Position numbers and translations under genes: made by a program. The notes under the pieces were generated by a model. It searched no databases, was not told the origin of the DNA, and saw only the letters and a list, made by a program, of their open reading frames with translations. A DNA stretch of 64,000 nucleotides from an uncultured delta proteobacterium (GTDB lineage Bacteria; Desulfobacterota; Binatia; Binatales; Binataceae): positions 1,280,001 to 1,344,000 of the forward strand of contig CAWJET010000001.1 of the NCBI GenBank assembly GCA_963842085.1. Reading direction: 5' to 3'. Every line of letters starts with the position of its first letter. Within the stretch, counting starts at the first letter, position 1. Below, piece by piece: positions 19,630 through 30,226 of the stretch.

Positions 19630-19953
19630 ATGAAGACATGGGGTCAGTTCATCGTAGAGCGGCGCAAGGAGCTTAAGCTGGCGGGACGCGAGGTGGTGGC
19701 GGAGGTGCGCAACTCCGATGGCAAGCCGATCTCGATTCCATTCCTGGTTGACCTCGAACATGACCGCCGCAAGCCTTCCGACGAAGTCCTTGAACAACTC
19801 GCCAAGGTTCTCAAGGTCGATTCGGATGTGCTCTACTTTTTGGCGGGGCGGTTCCCAGCCGACCTTAGCGCGACGACCGTCAACAGCGCGCAGGAGCTCG
19901 CGGCCGGCTGGAAGGCGTTCCGGCGGGAAGTGAAGCGCAAGAAGAAGCCGTGA
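19630..19953 (+). CDS. XRE-family transcriptional regulator
   Basis: GQFIVERRKELKL...FLVDLEHDRRKPSDEVLEQLAKVL. Confidence 0.9.
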   Translation: MKTWGQFIVERRKELKLAGREVVAEVRNSDGKPISIPFLVDLEHDRRKPSDEVLEQLAKVLKVDSDVLYFLAGRFPADLSATTVNSAQELAAGWKAFRREVKRKKKP

Positions 19954-20615
19954 AGATGATACCGGACAGGACCGGGCGCTTTCCGGAGCGTCCGCACTGG
20001 GAGATCCGCGAGCTTGAGCAGATGTGCGAGGAGACGGTGACCTCGTTTCTGCGCCAGCATTTCGGGTTTGAGCGCATCCCCGTGCCGACCGAGGCTGTCA
20101 CGATGCTGATCGAGCGTGACGCCGGCGACCTCGACCTGGCGACCAGTCTTTCCGACGACATGCACGAGGTCTTTGGTTTCACCCAATTCGAGCGCGGCCA
20201 AAAGCCGCTGGTCACAATCGCGCGCGAACTGTGGGAGCAACGGCACCGCAACAACCGGTTGCGCACGACCCTGACCCACGAATATGGCCACGTCATGCTT
20301 CACACCTGGCTGTACGACAAGTACGGCGCTGCCCGCGGTCCGTACCGCTGTTACTGGCAGAGCCTGCTTCCGACCGAGCGGGTGGTGGACTGGTTTGAGT
20401 GGCAAGCGGGATACGCCTCGGGTGCCTTGCTCATGCCTGAGAGCTTCGCGCGGCGGACTGTCGAGGCGTACTTCCAGAATCGCTCCGAGCGTCCGCCGGT
20501 TGCCACGGGCACACCAGAAGCGTCAGCGCTCCGCCGGCGTGTTTCGCTCGCGTTCGATGTATCCGTCGAGGCCGCCACCGTGCGGCTCAAGCAACTTGGC
20601 TATCTGAGCACGTAG
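19950..20615 (+). CDS. ImmA/IrrE-family metallopeptidase
   Basis: RTTLTHEYGH, EWQAGYASGALLMP, FDVS..AA.VRL; GTGA overlap with XRE. Confidence 0.9.
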   Translation: MKMIPDRTGRFPERPHWEIRELEQMCEETVTSFLRQHFGFERIPVPTEAVTMLIERDAGDLDLATSLSDDMHEVFGFTQFERGQKPLVTIARELWEQRHRNNRLRTTLTHEYGHVMLHTWLYDKYGAARGPYRCYWQSLLPTERVVDWFEWQAGYASGALLMPESFARRTVEAYFQNRSERPPVATGTPEASALRRRVSLAFDVSVEAATVRLKQLGYLST

Positions 20616-20660
20616 CCGGCAACCAGACCCCGACCGTTTCGCGCAGACCGATCTTCACGC

Positions 20661-20694
20661 TTGACACTCGCAGCGAATCTCGCTACATAGCGAG
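20661..20694 (+). promoter_or_regulatory. Sigma70-type -35 with palindromic operator over the -10 region
   Basis: TTGACA then CTCGCTACATAGCGAG. Confidence 0.65.
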
Positions 20695-20727
20695 TTAGTC
20701 ATATAGCCACCCGACCGGCAGAGGTCC

Positions 20728-21057
20728 ATGACCCAATCAGCAGCAAAGCAAATGCCGAAATCGAGCATCAGATGGCTCATCGCCGCCTGCGCCGCCGCCC
20801 TCTTCGCGCTTCGAGCCGAGCCGTCGTGGGCCGCGCAATACGCCGGTGCCCTGCCGTGGGATCAGACGCTTGGCGCGATTCAGGACATCCTCGTCGGCCC
20901 GCTGGCTCACGCTGTAATAACGCTGAACTTTGCCTTCTCGGCGATCCTGTACGCGGTCGGCAGCCATCAGCGAGCAGGCCGCTTGTTGGCTGGCGGACTG
21001 GCAGCTGGCGCCGCTTTGATTGCTGTCCATTTACTGACTTTCCTCTCGCCTTTTTGA
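20728..21057 (+). CDS. TrbC/VirB2-like pilin
   Basis: Signal peptide then GALPWDQTL..I.D.L.GPLA and two hydrophobic helices. Confidence 0.8.
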   Translation: MTQSAAKQMPKSSIRWLIAACAAALFALRAEPSWAAQYAGALPWDQTLGAIQDILVGPLAHAVITLNFAFSAILYAVGSHQRAGRLLAGGLAAGAALIAVHLLTFLSPF

Positions 21058-21094
21058 GTGGTCCCTACCAAGCGACCATTGGTGGAGGTCAAAT

Positions 21095-21367
21095 ATGAAA
21101 CTCGCACGTATCGCAGAGCCGCTTCGTTCCCTGCAGGTCCGTGTCACGCTAGCGGGCGACCTGAATGCCGCGCTCGAGAGCTACGCCCGATACTACGAAC
21201 ACGTTCATGGCGACCCTGTGGATTCGAAGGCGCTGATTCCGGAGATTCTCAGTGCCTTTCTACAAGCTGACCGTGAGTTCCAGAGCTGGGCACGTTCCAG
21301 CGGTAGCAGTCATCATCGCCGCCCCGGTTCGTCTTCGACCAACGGCGACGCCAAGCCACAAGGCTGA
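21095..21367 (+). CDS. DUF2274-like protein
   Basis: L.A.LE.YARYY...HG...LIP.IL..FL..DREF pattern. Confidence 0.75.
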   Translation: MKLARIAEPLRSLQVRVTLAGDLNAALESYARYYEHVHGDPVDSKALIPEILSAFLQADREFQSWARSSGSSHHRRPGSSSTNGDAKPQG

Positions 21368-21616
21368 CTCGCAGCAGTGCCAGGTCTGCAGACGCGCTTC
21401 GCGCGTGTCCATGTATGACACGTCACTCATTCGCGAATGAAGCCTGCTTGCAGCAAGGAGTTCGGCAATGGAGTTAAGCCCGCAATCTTTCACCGTAAAC
21501 GCGTGCTTCGTGACGTATACACAGAAACGAAGGCGAGTCAGCGGACGGCCGGAAACCCTTGATTTTCAGCTGCAATCAACGCGCCGCGCATGCTTGCAGC
21601 GCAGAGGTCCAGTCAG

Positions 21617-22021
21617 ATGAGCCAGGGGAGCAAGAGAACCTACACAATAAGGCTTCCGGAGACGGTCGCCGCACGAGTCGAAAAACAGGCGGCCAGTTCA
21701 GGCATCGCGCCGACCACGCTGATCCAGTCACTGGTCGTCGATATATTCATGCGCCTCACCGAAACAGCGATTGGCGGTTCCGCTTCCAACCTGATCGGCA
21801 GAATCGACGCTCTCAGCAAAGCCTTCGAGCGGTTCGAACAGAATGCGGCGGAAAGATACACGCGGCTGCTATTCGAGGTGGTGAAGACCCGCTCGGCGTT
21901 CCTTCATGCGCTCGATCAAAGCCTGAGCGAGCCGGTGGTGGACGAGATCATCGAGGCGTCGGAGAAGACCGCGCGCGACTACGTCGATCGTCTCGGAGAC
22001 GCGGGAGGTGCCAAGCAATGA
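21617..22021 (+). CDS. Putative ribbon-helix-helix relaxosome accessory protein
   Basis: RTYTIRLPETVAARVEKQA N-terminus; ATGA overlap with coupling protein. Confidence 0.6.
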   Translation: MSQGSKRTYTIRLPETVAARVEKQAASSGIAPTTLIQSLVVDIFMRLTETAIGGSASNLIGRIDALSKAFERFEQNAAERYTRLLFEVVKTRSAFLHALDQSLSEPVVDEIIEASEKTARDYVDRLGDAGGAKQ

Positions 22022-23280
22022 ACGCATACGTCGATCGGGCGGTCAGACGACGTGCCGACCTCGCATCGCTGCAAGTCTGGGCGCAAATGGCGCTTCGCAC
22101 CGTGCTTCTCATCGTCCTTCTCTGGGCGCTTTTGACCGTTGCGCTGGTCTGGTACTGGACCGGCTATTACGGCGGGCACCCGGCGCACCAGTACTTCGGA
22201 AGTTGGTTCCTGGCGTGGTTTTTAACACAGGAGATCCCACTGACCTTCACGTCACTGCCTTACCGTGGCCGGCGCTACACCATCGCCAGCATGTACGACT
22301 TCCTCAACCGCAGGTACTACCTCGGCGGCTCGTTCGCGGGCTGGTTCTGGCATTATGCGCCCTGGGGCGCGGTCATCACCGCTCTGATTGTCGGAGCCTA
22401 CCTCCTGCTCATCTTTCCGCCCCGTGGCGGAGATGGCGACGAGTACGTGCGCGGGACCGACGTCATCCCGAGCCGGCGGTTGCGCCGGGACCTGAGAGGC
22501 GATGGCGTCGACCTCGGCGGCATCCTGGTTCCCCGCAAGCTGGAGTCGCAACACTTTCTGCTGGTCGGCGCGCCCGGCTCGGGCAAGTCCACCGCCATCC
22601 GGCGGATGCTCCGACAGATCGAAGCACGCGGCGAGTGCGCGGTCGTCCTCGATCCCGAGTGCGAGTATGTGCCCGAGTTCTTTCGCCCCGAGCGCGGCGA
22701 TCTGATCCTCAACCCGCTCGATACCCGCTGCCCGGCGTGGACGCCATGGTCGGAGCTCCGACCCGGAAGCGAGGCGATGGAAGCGGAGGCGCTCGCGGCG
22801 GCGCTGGTTCCCGATCCGGCGAACACTTTCAGCCAGGGCGGCGCTGACTTCTTCTTTCGGCAGTCGGCCCGCACTCTAATCGTCGGCCTGCTCGACGCGG
22901 TCAAGTCGCAAGAGCGCGGCGAAATTCCGAAGCTCCTCGCCCTGCCGCGCGCCAAGCTGAAGCAAGCGCTTCGAGGGACTCCCGCCGAGGTCCTTATCGA
23001 TCCGGGCGCGCACGAGCAGGGCGCCGGCATCGTCGCGACCGCCTTCAACGCGACCAGCTCGTTTCGTCATCTTCCGCAACCAGCCGAGCAGGCCTGGAGC
23101 GCTCTCGAATGGGCGCGCACACGTGAGGGCTGGCTGTTCCTCAGCTCAACCGAGGACTCGCGCGAGGCGGCGCTCCCGCTCCAGAGCGTCTGGCTCGATT
23201 GCATCGTGCGCCGCCTGATGGCGGACGACGGATCGCGCGGCAAAGTCTGGATCATCGCCGACGAGCTGCCCGTGCTCCGC
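22018..23280 (+). pseudogene. TrwB/TraD-type coupling protein, C-terminally truncated by IS3
   Basis: TM segments, HFLLVGAPGSGKS, WIIADELP then IS end; remainder absent. Confidence 0.88.
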
Positions 23281-23337
23281 TGGAGTTGACCCGGTTTCGT
23301 GGAGTGTGTTGGGGAAGAGAGTGAGGGAGGAAAGACG

Positions 23338-23652
23338 ATGGCCAAGACACATCCACCATACCCGGCTGAGTATCGGCGGCGGATAGTCGAACTGGCGCGC
23401 GCAGGCCGGCCGCTGACGGAATTGGCGCGAGAGTTTGAGCCGACGTTAGAGTCGATTCGGCAGTGGGTGAGACAGGCAGAGCTGGATGAAGGAGTGAGAA
23501 ACGATGGCCTGACCACAAGTGAGCGCGAGGAATTGAGCCGACTGCGGCGCGAGAACCGGATTTTGCGCGAAGAGCGTGAGATCCTATCAAAAGCCGCGGC
23601 CTGGTTCGCCACGGAGACCGGCTCAGTGCCGTCACGGCGTTCCAATTCGTGA
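23338..23652 (+). CDS. IS3 transposase OrfA
   Basis: YPAEYRRRIV...LRRENRILREEREILSKAAAWF. Confidence 0.92.
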   Translation: MAKTHPPYPAEYRRRIVELARAGRPLTELAREFEPTLESIRQWVRQAELDEGVRNDGLTTSEREELSRLRRENRILREEREILSKAAAWFATETGSVPSRRSNS

Positions 23653-24629
23653 GCGCGAATCAGGCCATGTACGCAATCGCCACGATGTGCCGGGTGCTGG
23701 AGGTCTCCACCAGCGGCTACTGGGCGTGGCTAAGACGACCGCGGTCGGCGTGGGCTCGGGCCGACGCGCAATTGACGGCGCGCATTCGCGCGATTCATGA
23801 ACGGTCGCGCACCAGCTATGGCGCTCCGCGCATTCATGCCGAGCTGTTAGCCGACGGCATCGCGGTCGGACGTAAGCGGGTGGCGCGGCTGATGCGCGCG
23901 GCGGGACTTCACGGAGTCAGCCGGCGCAAGTGGATCACCACCACGGTTCGCGATCGCGCCGCGCGACCGGCGCCGGATCTGGTCGAGCGTAACTTCACCG
24001 CGGCGGCGCCCAATCAGCTGTGGGTCGCCGATATCACCTATGTTCCAACCTGGGCCGGCTTTCTGTACCTGGCGGTTGTCCTCGACGCGTTTAGCCGCCG
24101 CGTGATTGGGTGGGCGATGGAGAATCCTCTGCGCACCGAGCTGGTGTTGGCAGCGCTCAATATGGCGCTCGGGCAGCGCCGGCCGACCACGGTAATCCAT
24201 CATTCCGACCAGGGCACCCAATACACCTCGATCGCGTTCGGCATGCGTTGCCGTGAGGCAGGAGTGCGTGCCTCGATGGGTTCGGTAGGCGACTGTTTCG
24301 ACAACGCGATGTGCGAAAGCTTTTTCGCCACCCTGGAATGCGAGCTGCTCGACCGCCACCGTTTCAAAACCCAGGTCGAGGCGAGGATGGCGATCTTCGA
24401 CTTCATCGAGGGCTGGTACAATCCGCACCGCCGCCACTCCGCCCTCGGCTATCGTTCGCCGCTCGAGTACGAACAAATCTATCGGGCCGAACCGAATCAA
24501 AGCATGCGGAGCTCGACCGCTCTGCGCACCGCTTGGCCGCCGAACAACGCGGCGGCCGGCGCGCTGCACGGCGCCGCGCTCTCGGATCAAGATTCCATAA
24601 CGCTTTCCGGCCCCAGCCCCAATCGGTGA
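23649..24629 (+). CDS. IS3 transposase OrfB (DDE)
   Basis: WVADITY, HHSDQGTQY, DNAMCESFF. Confidence 0.95.
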   Translation: MSANQAMYAIATMCRVLEVSTSGYWAWLRRPRSAWARADAQLTARIRAIHERSRTSYGAPRIHAELLADGIAVGRKRVARLMRAAGLHGVSRRKWITTTVRDRAARPAPDLVERNFTAAAPNQLWVADITYVPTWAGFLYLAVVLDAFSRRVIGWAMENPLRTELVLAALNMALGQRRPTTVIHHSDQGTQYTSIAFGMRCREAGVRASMGSVGDCFDNAMCESFFATLECELLDRHRFKTQVEARMAIFDFIEGWYNPHRRHSALGYRSPLEYEQIYRAEPNQSMRSSTALRTAWPPNNAAAGALHGAALSDQDSITLSGPSPNR

Positions 24630-24760
24630 GGGCTGGGGCCGAAAAGCTGGTACCAGATGAACATCAAAACGGAACTCTCGACGAGACAAAACCAATGAAC
24701 TAAAACCAAGCCCTAAACCGTCCACCGAAACGGGGCAGCTCCAGATTGAGGGCATGAGAC

Positions 24761-27285
24761 ATGCTGGTCATGTCGAGAGGCGCGCTCAGCGCCGGCCAGG
24801 CCGAGACCTACTACGAAGAGAAATACTCCCAGGACGATTACTACACCGAAGAGCATCGAGTCGCCGGTCAGTGGTTCGGACAGGGCGCCGACGCGCATCG
24901 CCGCGCGGTCAGCACCGCGCTGACGGAACTGGAGCATTACGCGCTGTCGCGTCAGAAGGGCGGCAGCGAATGGGTGCTCACCCGGAACATCGTCGCCGCG
25001 TGTTTCGACCACATCGCGGCACGTCCAGCCAAAGGCGCCGATGACGGCTACGGTGTCCCGATCCGCACCTCCACACCCACGTCGTGATCGCCAACATGAC
25101 TCGTCGGCCGGATAGCGCATTGCGCGGACTCGATCCGGTCGAGATCTATCGCTCACAGAGCTTCGCCAGTGCGGTATATCGCTCCGAGCTGGCGCGCGAG
25201 GTACGTTCGCTCGGCTACGGCATCACCGTCACCGGCGCTGACGGACGCTGGGAGCTCGAAGGCTACAGCCGCGAACAGGTGATGGCGTTCTCGCGCCGCC
25301 GCCAGGATATCGAGCAGGCGCTCGCGCAAAACGGCCTCAGCGGAGCCGCCGCGGCGCAGAATATCGCGCATCAGAGCCGACTCTCAAAGCAGCAGCGCGA
25401 CGAGGGTGAGCTTCGCGAGGAGTGGCGCCTGCGCGCGCGAAACTACGGCATCCGGTTTGCGCACGATGCCCACAACCAAGCCGCCGTTCGGGTCCCCACG
25501 CAGGCGAGGATCGAGGAGGCGCTTCGTTTCGCCGTGGCTCACAGCACCGAGCGCGAGGCGGTGATCGACCGTTGCGCACTCGAAGCAACCGCCCTCCAGC
25601 ACGCGATGGGAATAATTGATCTGGACCAGCTGCGCCGCGAGAGCACTGCCTGGGAAGAACGCCGCGCTCTGATCGCCCTGGACGCTTCCATCGCTTCACC
25701 GGGCGGCGCCTTCACGACGCCTGAGATGGTCGCCCTTGAGCGCGATAACCTAAATCTGATGCGCGCAGGACGAGGCCAAAACCCGCCGATCGCGGCTGCC
25801 GCAGAGATTCGCCAATGGGCAAGTGGCCGAGGATTGCTTGCCGATCAAATCGAAGTCGCGCAACTTATCCTTACTACGCCCGACTGGCTCACCTCCGTCG
25901 AAGGCCGCGCCGGCAGCGCGAAGACCACCACGGTCGGAGCGATCCGCGAGTTCGCCGAGGAACACGGCTACGCGGTGCGCGGCTTTGCGCCGACCACGCG
26001 CGCGGTCAAGGCTCTATCTGAAGCCGGGATCGAGTCCCGAACCGTGGCAAGTCTCATTGAAAATAAAATCTCCGAGACTGGCCGTCAGGAATTATGGATC
26101 GTCGATGAGTCGAGTCTGCTCGCGACGCGCCAGGTCAACCGCCTCCTTCATCAGGCCCGAGAAGCCAGGGTCGAACGGATCGTCTTCGTCGGCGATCAGC
26201 ATCAGCACCATGCGATCGAGGCGGGACGACCCATCCACCAGATGCAGCAGGCCGGTATGCCGATAGCGCTGCTGGACACGATTCGCCGCCAGCGGGACCC
26301 GATGCTTCGCGAAGCAGTGGAGCTTTCGGCCAAAGGAGAGATCGATCGCGCGCTCGCGCTCCTCGAGAAGCATCACCGCATCCGCGAGATCGAAAATCCT
26401 GATGCGCGATATAAATCCATCGCCCAGGAATACGTCGCCGCGCACGAGGCCGGAGAGCGCGCATTGGTCGTCAGTCCGGCCAACAACGAGCGCCGGGAAC
26501 TCAACTCCGCCATTCGCGAGTTCCTCAAGCAGCGTTCCCATGTCGCCGCCGAAGCCAAGGAGCAGGTCATCCTGGTCAATCGCGACCTCACCGCCGCGCA
26601 GCGCCAACGTGCCCAAAGCTACGAAGTCGGCGAGGTTGTCCGCTACCGGCGCGGCAGCCGCCGTCTCGGGCTCGGCAAAGGCACTTACGCACGGGTCGAG
26701 AGTATAGACTCCGATCTCAACCGCATCACCGTGCGCACCGAGGACGGTCGAGCGGTCGAATACAACCCAGCGCGGCTCACCGGCGTCGATCTGTTCCGCG
26801 AGGAGTGGAGATTCATCGCCCCGGGCGACCGCATCCAGTTCCGAGTGGCCGACCGCGCACTCGGCGTCGCCAACGGAGAATTTGCGCCGGTCGTTGCAAT
26901 CGACGACCGAAAGGCCGCGCTCCGGATGGACGACGGGCGCGAAGTCAAAGCTGCAGTCAGTCGTCTCCGCCACATCGACTACGGTTACGCCTCGACTTCG
27001 CATTCCAGCCGGGGCGCGACTGTCGACCGCGTCATCGTCAACATCGACGCAGCTCGCTCGCCTGACCTCGTGAACCGCAAACAGTTTTACGTCTCGATCA
27101 GCCGCGCGCGGCATGGGGTCACCGTCTACACCGACGACAGCTCCGCCCTCCGGCACGCGGTCGGCCGCACCCGCGAAAAGTCGGTTGCCCTGGAACGGCT
27201 CAACCTGAACGCGGGGCAAGACCTCAAAATGGTTCCAGAACCGCCGCGCCAGAACATCAAACCTGCCTACGGCATCAGAAGGTGA
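24761..27285 (+). pseudogene. MobF (TrwC-type) relaxase-helicase with internal deletion and frameshift
   Basis: YY..DDYY, DPHLHTHVVIAN in the next frame (shift near 25058), GRAGSAKTT, IVDESS, VGDQHQH, YVSISRAR. Confidence 0.88.
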
Positions 27286-27658
27286 GTGGTCTTGCAGAGC
27301 AATGCTGTCCAGTCATTTTGTTCACCGGCGCTTCGTTATGAGCGCGGGCGCTCGGGCTCCGCAAGCTTCGCAGCTCGGCCACGCGGCGCAAGGCGCCGCT
27401 CGCGCTCCGCTTCGCGCCGATGTGAAGGTAGCGCTCGCTCCGCGGGCAACCGCGCCGCCGGCGCGCCGGTGCCGGACGCCGCGCTCGGCACGGTTGCGAC
27501 GCTCCGCAGCGCGCCTCTCGGAATCCAGCGCCGCCCTCCAGACTCGGTTGAGAGGGCGGCGCTTTCAACTGCGCGTTCAAGCGGGCAGCGGCAGGCCCTG
27601 GCCCTTCGGGCACGCGGGAGGAGTCGCATGTCCCTGGTCTTTGCCATGAATTCAATGC

Positions 27659-27694
27659 TTGACACTACTTCGGTAATTAGCTAAGTAGCGAGTT
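27659..27694 (+). promoter_or_regulatory. Promoter/operator of xis-int
   Basis: TTGACA then GCTAAGTAGCGAGTT at the same 21-bp offset as at 20661. Confidence 0.6.
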
Positions 27695-27740
27695 ACGGAG
27701 TTCCTGAGTCTGGCCAGATTAGCGCCGGCCATTTTGTCCC

Positions 27741-28028
27741 GTGGCTGCGACCCTCAAATACGACCGCAACAAGCAGAACGTCGAATCTCGCGACGCCGCG
27801 CTGACCGCCGTACTACGCGCGACCGGCGGGGAAGCCAGGGTGCTGGAGCTTTACAAGCTCCTAACCGCAGAACAAGCAGCGCAGTTTCTGGGCCTCGCCG
27901 AACCCACCGTTCGGGACATGACTTATCGACACGAACTGCCGTGCGTGAAGATCGGGAAACGCGGAGTTCGTTATCGCGTCATTGATCTGATCAGTTGGAC
28001 CGATCGACGGATGGTCAACGAACTTTGA
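27741..28028 (+). CDS. Excisionase-like HTH protein
   Basis: LLTAEQAAQFLGLAEPTVR...LPCVKIGKRGVRY; upstream of integrase. Confidence 0.85.
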   Translation: MAATLKYDRNKQNVESRDAALTAVLRATGGEARVLELYKLLTAEQAAQFLGLAEPTVRDMTYRHELPCVKIGKRGVRYRVIDLISWTDRRMVNEL

Positions 28029-28107
28029 TAATCCTGCACAACTCGATCGTCAGCGCTGAGATCAAGTATTTGGACGCAATCACCGTTCTCATAGGGAGTT
28101 TCCTCAA

Positions 28108-29222
28108 ATGGCACGCAAGAATTCAAAGGATCGTGGCTTGTTCGAACAGCCTTCAGGATCGGGCGTTTGGTGGATCTGTCATTTCGATGCCCTCGGCCGG
28201 AGACACCGCGAGAAAGCTGTTCTAAGGGCTTTGCGCGACGACTCTACGAGAAACGTAAGACGGAGATTCGAGAGGCCCGATATTTTCCGCCAGAGCGCCG
28301 AAAGCCCCTGATGTTCGAAGAAGTCCTTGAAAATTACCGCCGAGCGCTGGAGAGGCAGCAAGGCGGTGATGGATGGGGCCCCGAGCGGTTCCGAAGGCTG
28401 AGAGAAACATTCGGGGGGCAACCAGCAGCGGCGATTACTCCAGAGGAGGTGGAGGCATTCCGCGACGAACTTTCAGAAGACCATGCACCGGCAACCGTCA
28501 ATCGGCACCTGCTGCTGCTCCGAGCCGTTTTCTTGCGGGCCATACGCGATCGTAAGGTGGATTCAACTCCCACCAGCAAGGTCCGATTCCATCGCGAAAA
28601 CAACAAACGCGAGCGTTACCTCTCCAACGACGAGGAACGTCGCTTGTTCGAGACGCTTCCAAGTTGGCTTCATCCGCTCGTCACTGTCGCGCTTCACACA
28701 GGGATGCGCAAAGGCGAGCTGCTGAAGCTAATGTGGTCAGATGTCGATTTCGCAACAGGGACGATCCACGTGCGCGATCCGAAATCAGGTGAAAATGAAC
28801 ACGTCCTCATGAACGAAACGACCAAGCGCGCCCTCAAAACCCTCTCGGATTCCCGGACGAGGGTGGTCGATCTCAAAGATGCTGTCGCGCGACCTCTAAA
28901 TCGTTACGTGTTCACCGCTCCGGTAGGCGGATACATTCACGTCCTGAATCGCTATTGGTACCCGGCCCTGCGGCGAGCTGGAATCGAGGGCCTCCGATTC
29001 CATGACCTGCGTCACACCTTCGCGTCACGTGTCGCGATGAGCGGTGTCGACTTGTACACTCTGCAAGCGTTAATGCGACATCGCAGTCCCCAGATGACCC
29101 AGCGCTATGCACATCTCAGCGCGGCGCATCAGCGTGAGGCGATCGGACTGCTCGACCGTTGGCGACAGCGGTCCGAGAGGCCCGATGACGATTCCGGCAG
29201 TGGCAGTTTTGGTGGCAGTTGA
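28108..29222 (+). pseudogene. Tyrosine integrase with a single frameshift near 28218
   Basis: N-terminus in 28108 frame; TGMRKGEL, FHDLRHTFAS, RH...TQRYAH in 28167 frame. Confidence 0.88.
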
Positions 29223-29314
29223 TCTCTTGAAAACAACGGTCTCCAACGAGCTCAGGCGATGAAAAGTGTTGATAATCCACGGATTGTTCGGAAAAGAGGG
29301 CGGTTGTTATCGCT

Positions 29315-29356
29315 CTCATAACCCGGAGGTCGAAGGTTCAAATCCTTCCCCCGCAA
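29315..29356 (+). mobile_element. att site: 3' half of an initiator-type tRNA-Met
   Basis: CTCATAACCCGGAGGTCGAAGGTTCAAATCCTTCCCCCGCAA (CAT loop, T arm); 5' half absent; next to integrase. Confidence 0.88.
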
Positions 29357-29620
29357 ATACGCTTACACCTTGGGAAGTTCCCCGGTTCGCGTGTCCATTG
29401 GATGCGCCGCGGTATGCGTGCGGGCATTCTGATAAATGTCCATCCCGGGTCTCCTGCGACGGTGTTGAGTTCGCAGCTCTCACCGGCTCACTCCGGGTGC
29501 CGGAGCCGGCCATGATCGTCAATCGGGTCGCGACTTGACGGTGGGTTGGCTAGCCGCTACGGATCGAGTGTTTGTAGAATCAATTGGGAAGTTCCGGTTA
29601 AAGACGAGGAGAAGACTCCG

Positions 29621-30223
29621 ATGGCCCCGAAGTGGAATGCAAAAGGCGATTATTTCGAGACGTGTAACTGCCAGACTCTGTGCCCATGCATCTTTCTGAG
29701 TCCGCCGACCGAGGGGAATTGCACCGTTCTTGTAGGGTGGCACATCGAATCCGGCAAATTCGGTGACGCCTCGCTGGATGGATTCAATGTTGCCGCGCTA
29801 TTCCATTCGCCCGGACCGATGCATCACGGAAACTGGAGCGCCGCGTTGTACCTGGATTCGCGCGCCTCGGCTCAGCAGAGCGACGCTCTCACCAAAATCT
29901 TTTCAGGACAGGCAGGCGGGGCGCCCGCGGCGCTCCATCCGCTCATCAGCAAGGTGCTGGGGGTAAAGAGCGCCGAAATCGCGTACCAGGCAACAGGGCG
30001 ATCCCGCCGCATGACAATCCGGGACGTCGGCGAATCCGAGATCGAAGCGCTCGAGGGCGCAGGCGGCGCGGACGTTACGATCAGCAACCATCCCCTCGGA
30101 ATCGCACCCGGCCATCCAAGCATCGTCTCGCGCTCGAAGTTGCTCAAGTTTCGCGACTACGGCTTCACGCTCGATCTCTCGGGCAGAACCGGGCAGTTTT
30201 CTCCCTTCACGTATGAAGGCTGA
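29621..30223 (+). CDS. DUF1326 protein
   Basis: W...GDYFETCNC...CPC...PTEG.C. Confidence 0.88.
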   Translation: MAPKWNAKGDYFETCNCQTLCPCIFLSPPTEGNCTVLVGWHIESGKFGDASLDGFNVAALFHSPGPMHHGNWSAALYLDSRASAQQSDALTKIFSGQAGGAPAALHPLISKVLGVKSAEIAYQATGRSRRMTIRDVGESEIEALEGAGGADVTISNHPLGIAPGHPSIVSRSKLLKFRDYGFTLDLSGRTGQFSPFTYEG

Positions 30224-30226
30224 GCT

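Larger units (their letters stand above)
23281..24743 (+). mobile_element. IS3-family insertion sequence
   Basis: TG...CA ends with imperfect IRs (TGGAGTTGACCCGGTTTCGTGGA / TCCACCGAAACGGGGCAGCTCCA); orfA/orfB; no target duplication. Confidence 0.93.

Noticed and set aside
21559-22017. N-terminal extension of the coupling-protein ORF
   Set aside because: Overlaps the RHH gene in another frame; the ATGA-coupled start at 22018 is more credible
27275-27684. Several short ORFs on both strands
   Set aside because: Low-complexity Arg/Ala/Pro translations; the region looks non-coding
29280-29360. Functional tRNA-Met gene
   Set aside because: Acceptor 5' strand and D arm are absent and there is no CCA; treated as an att remnant
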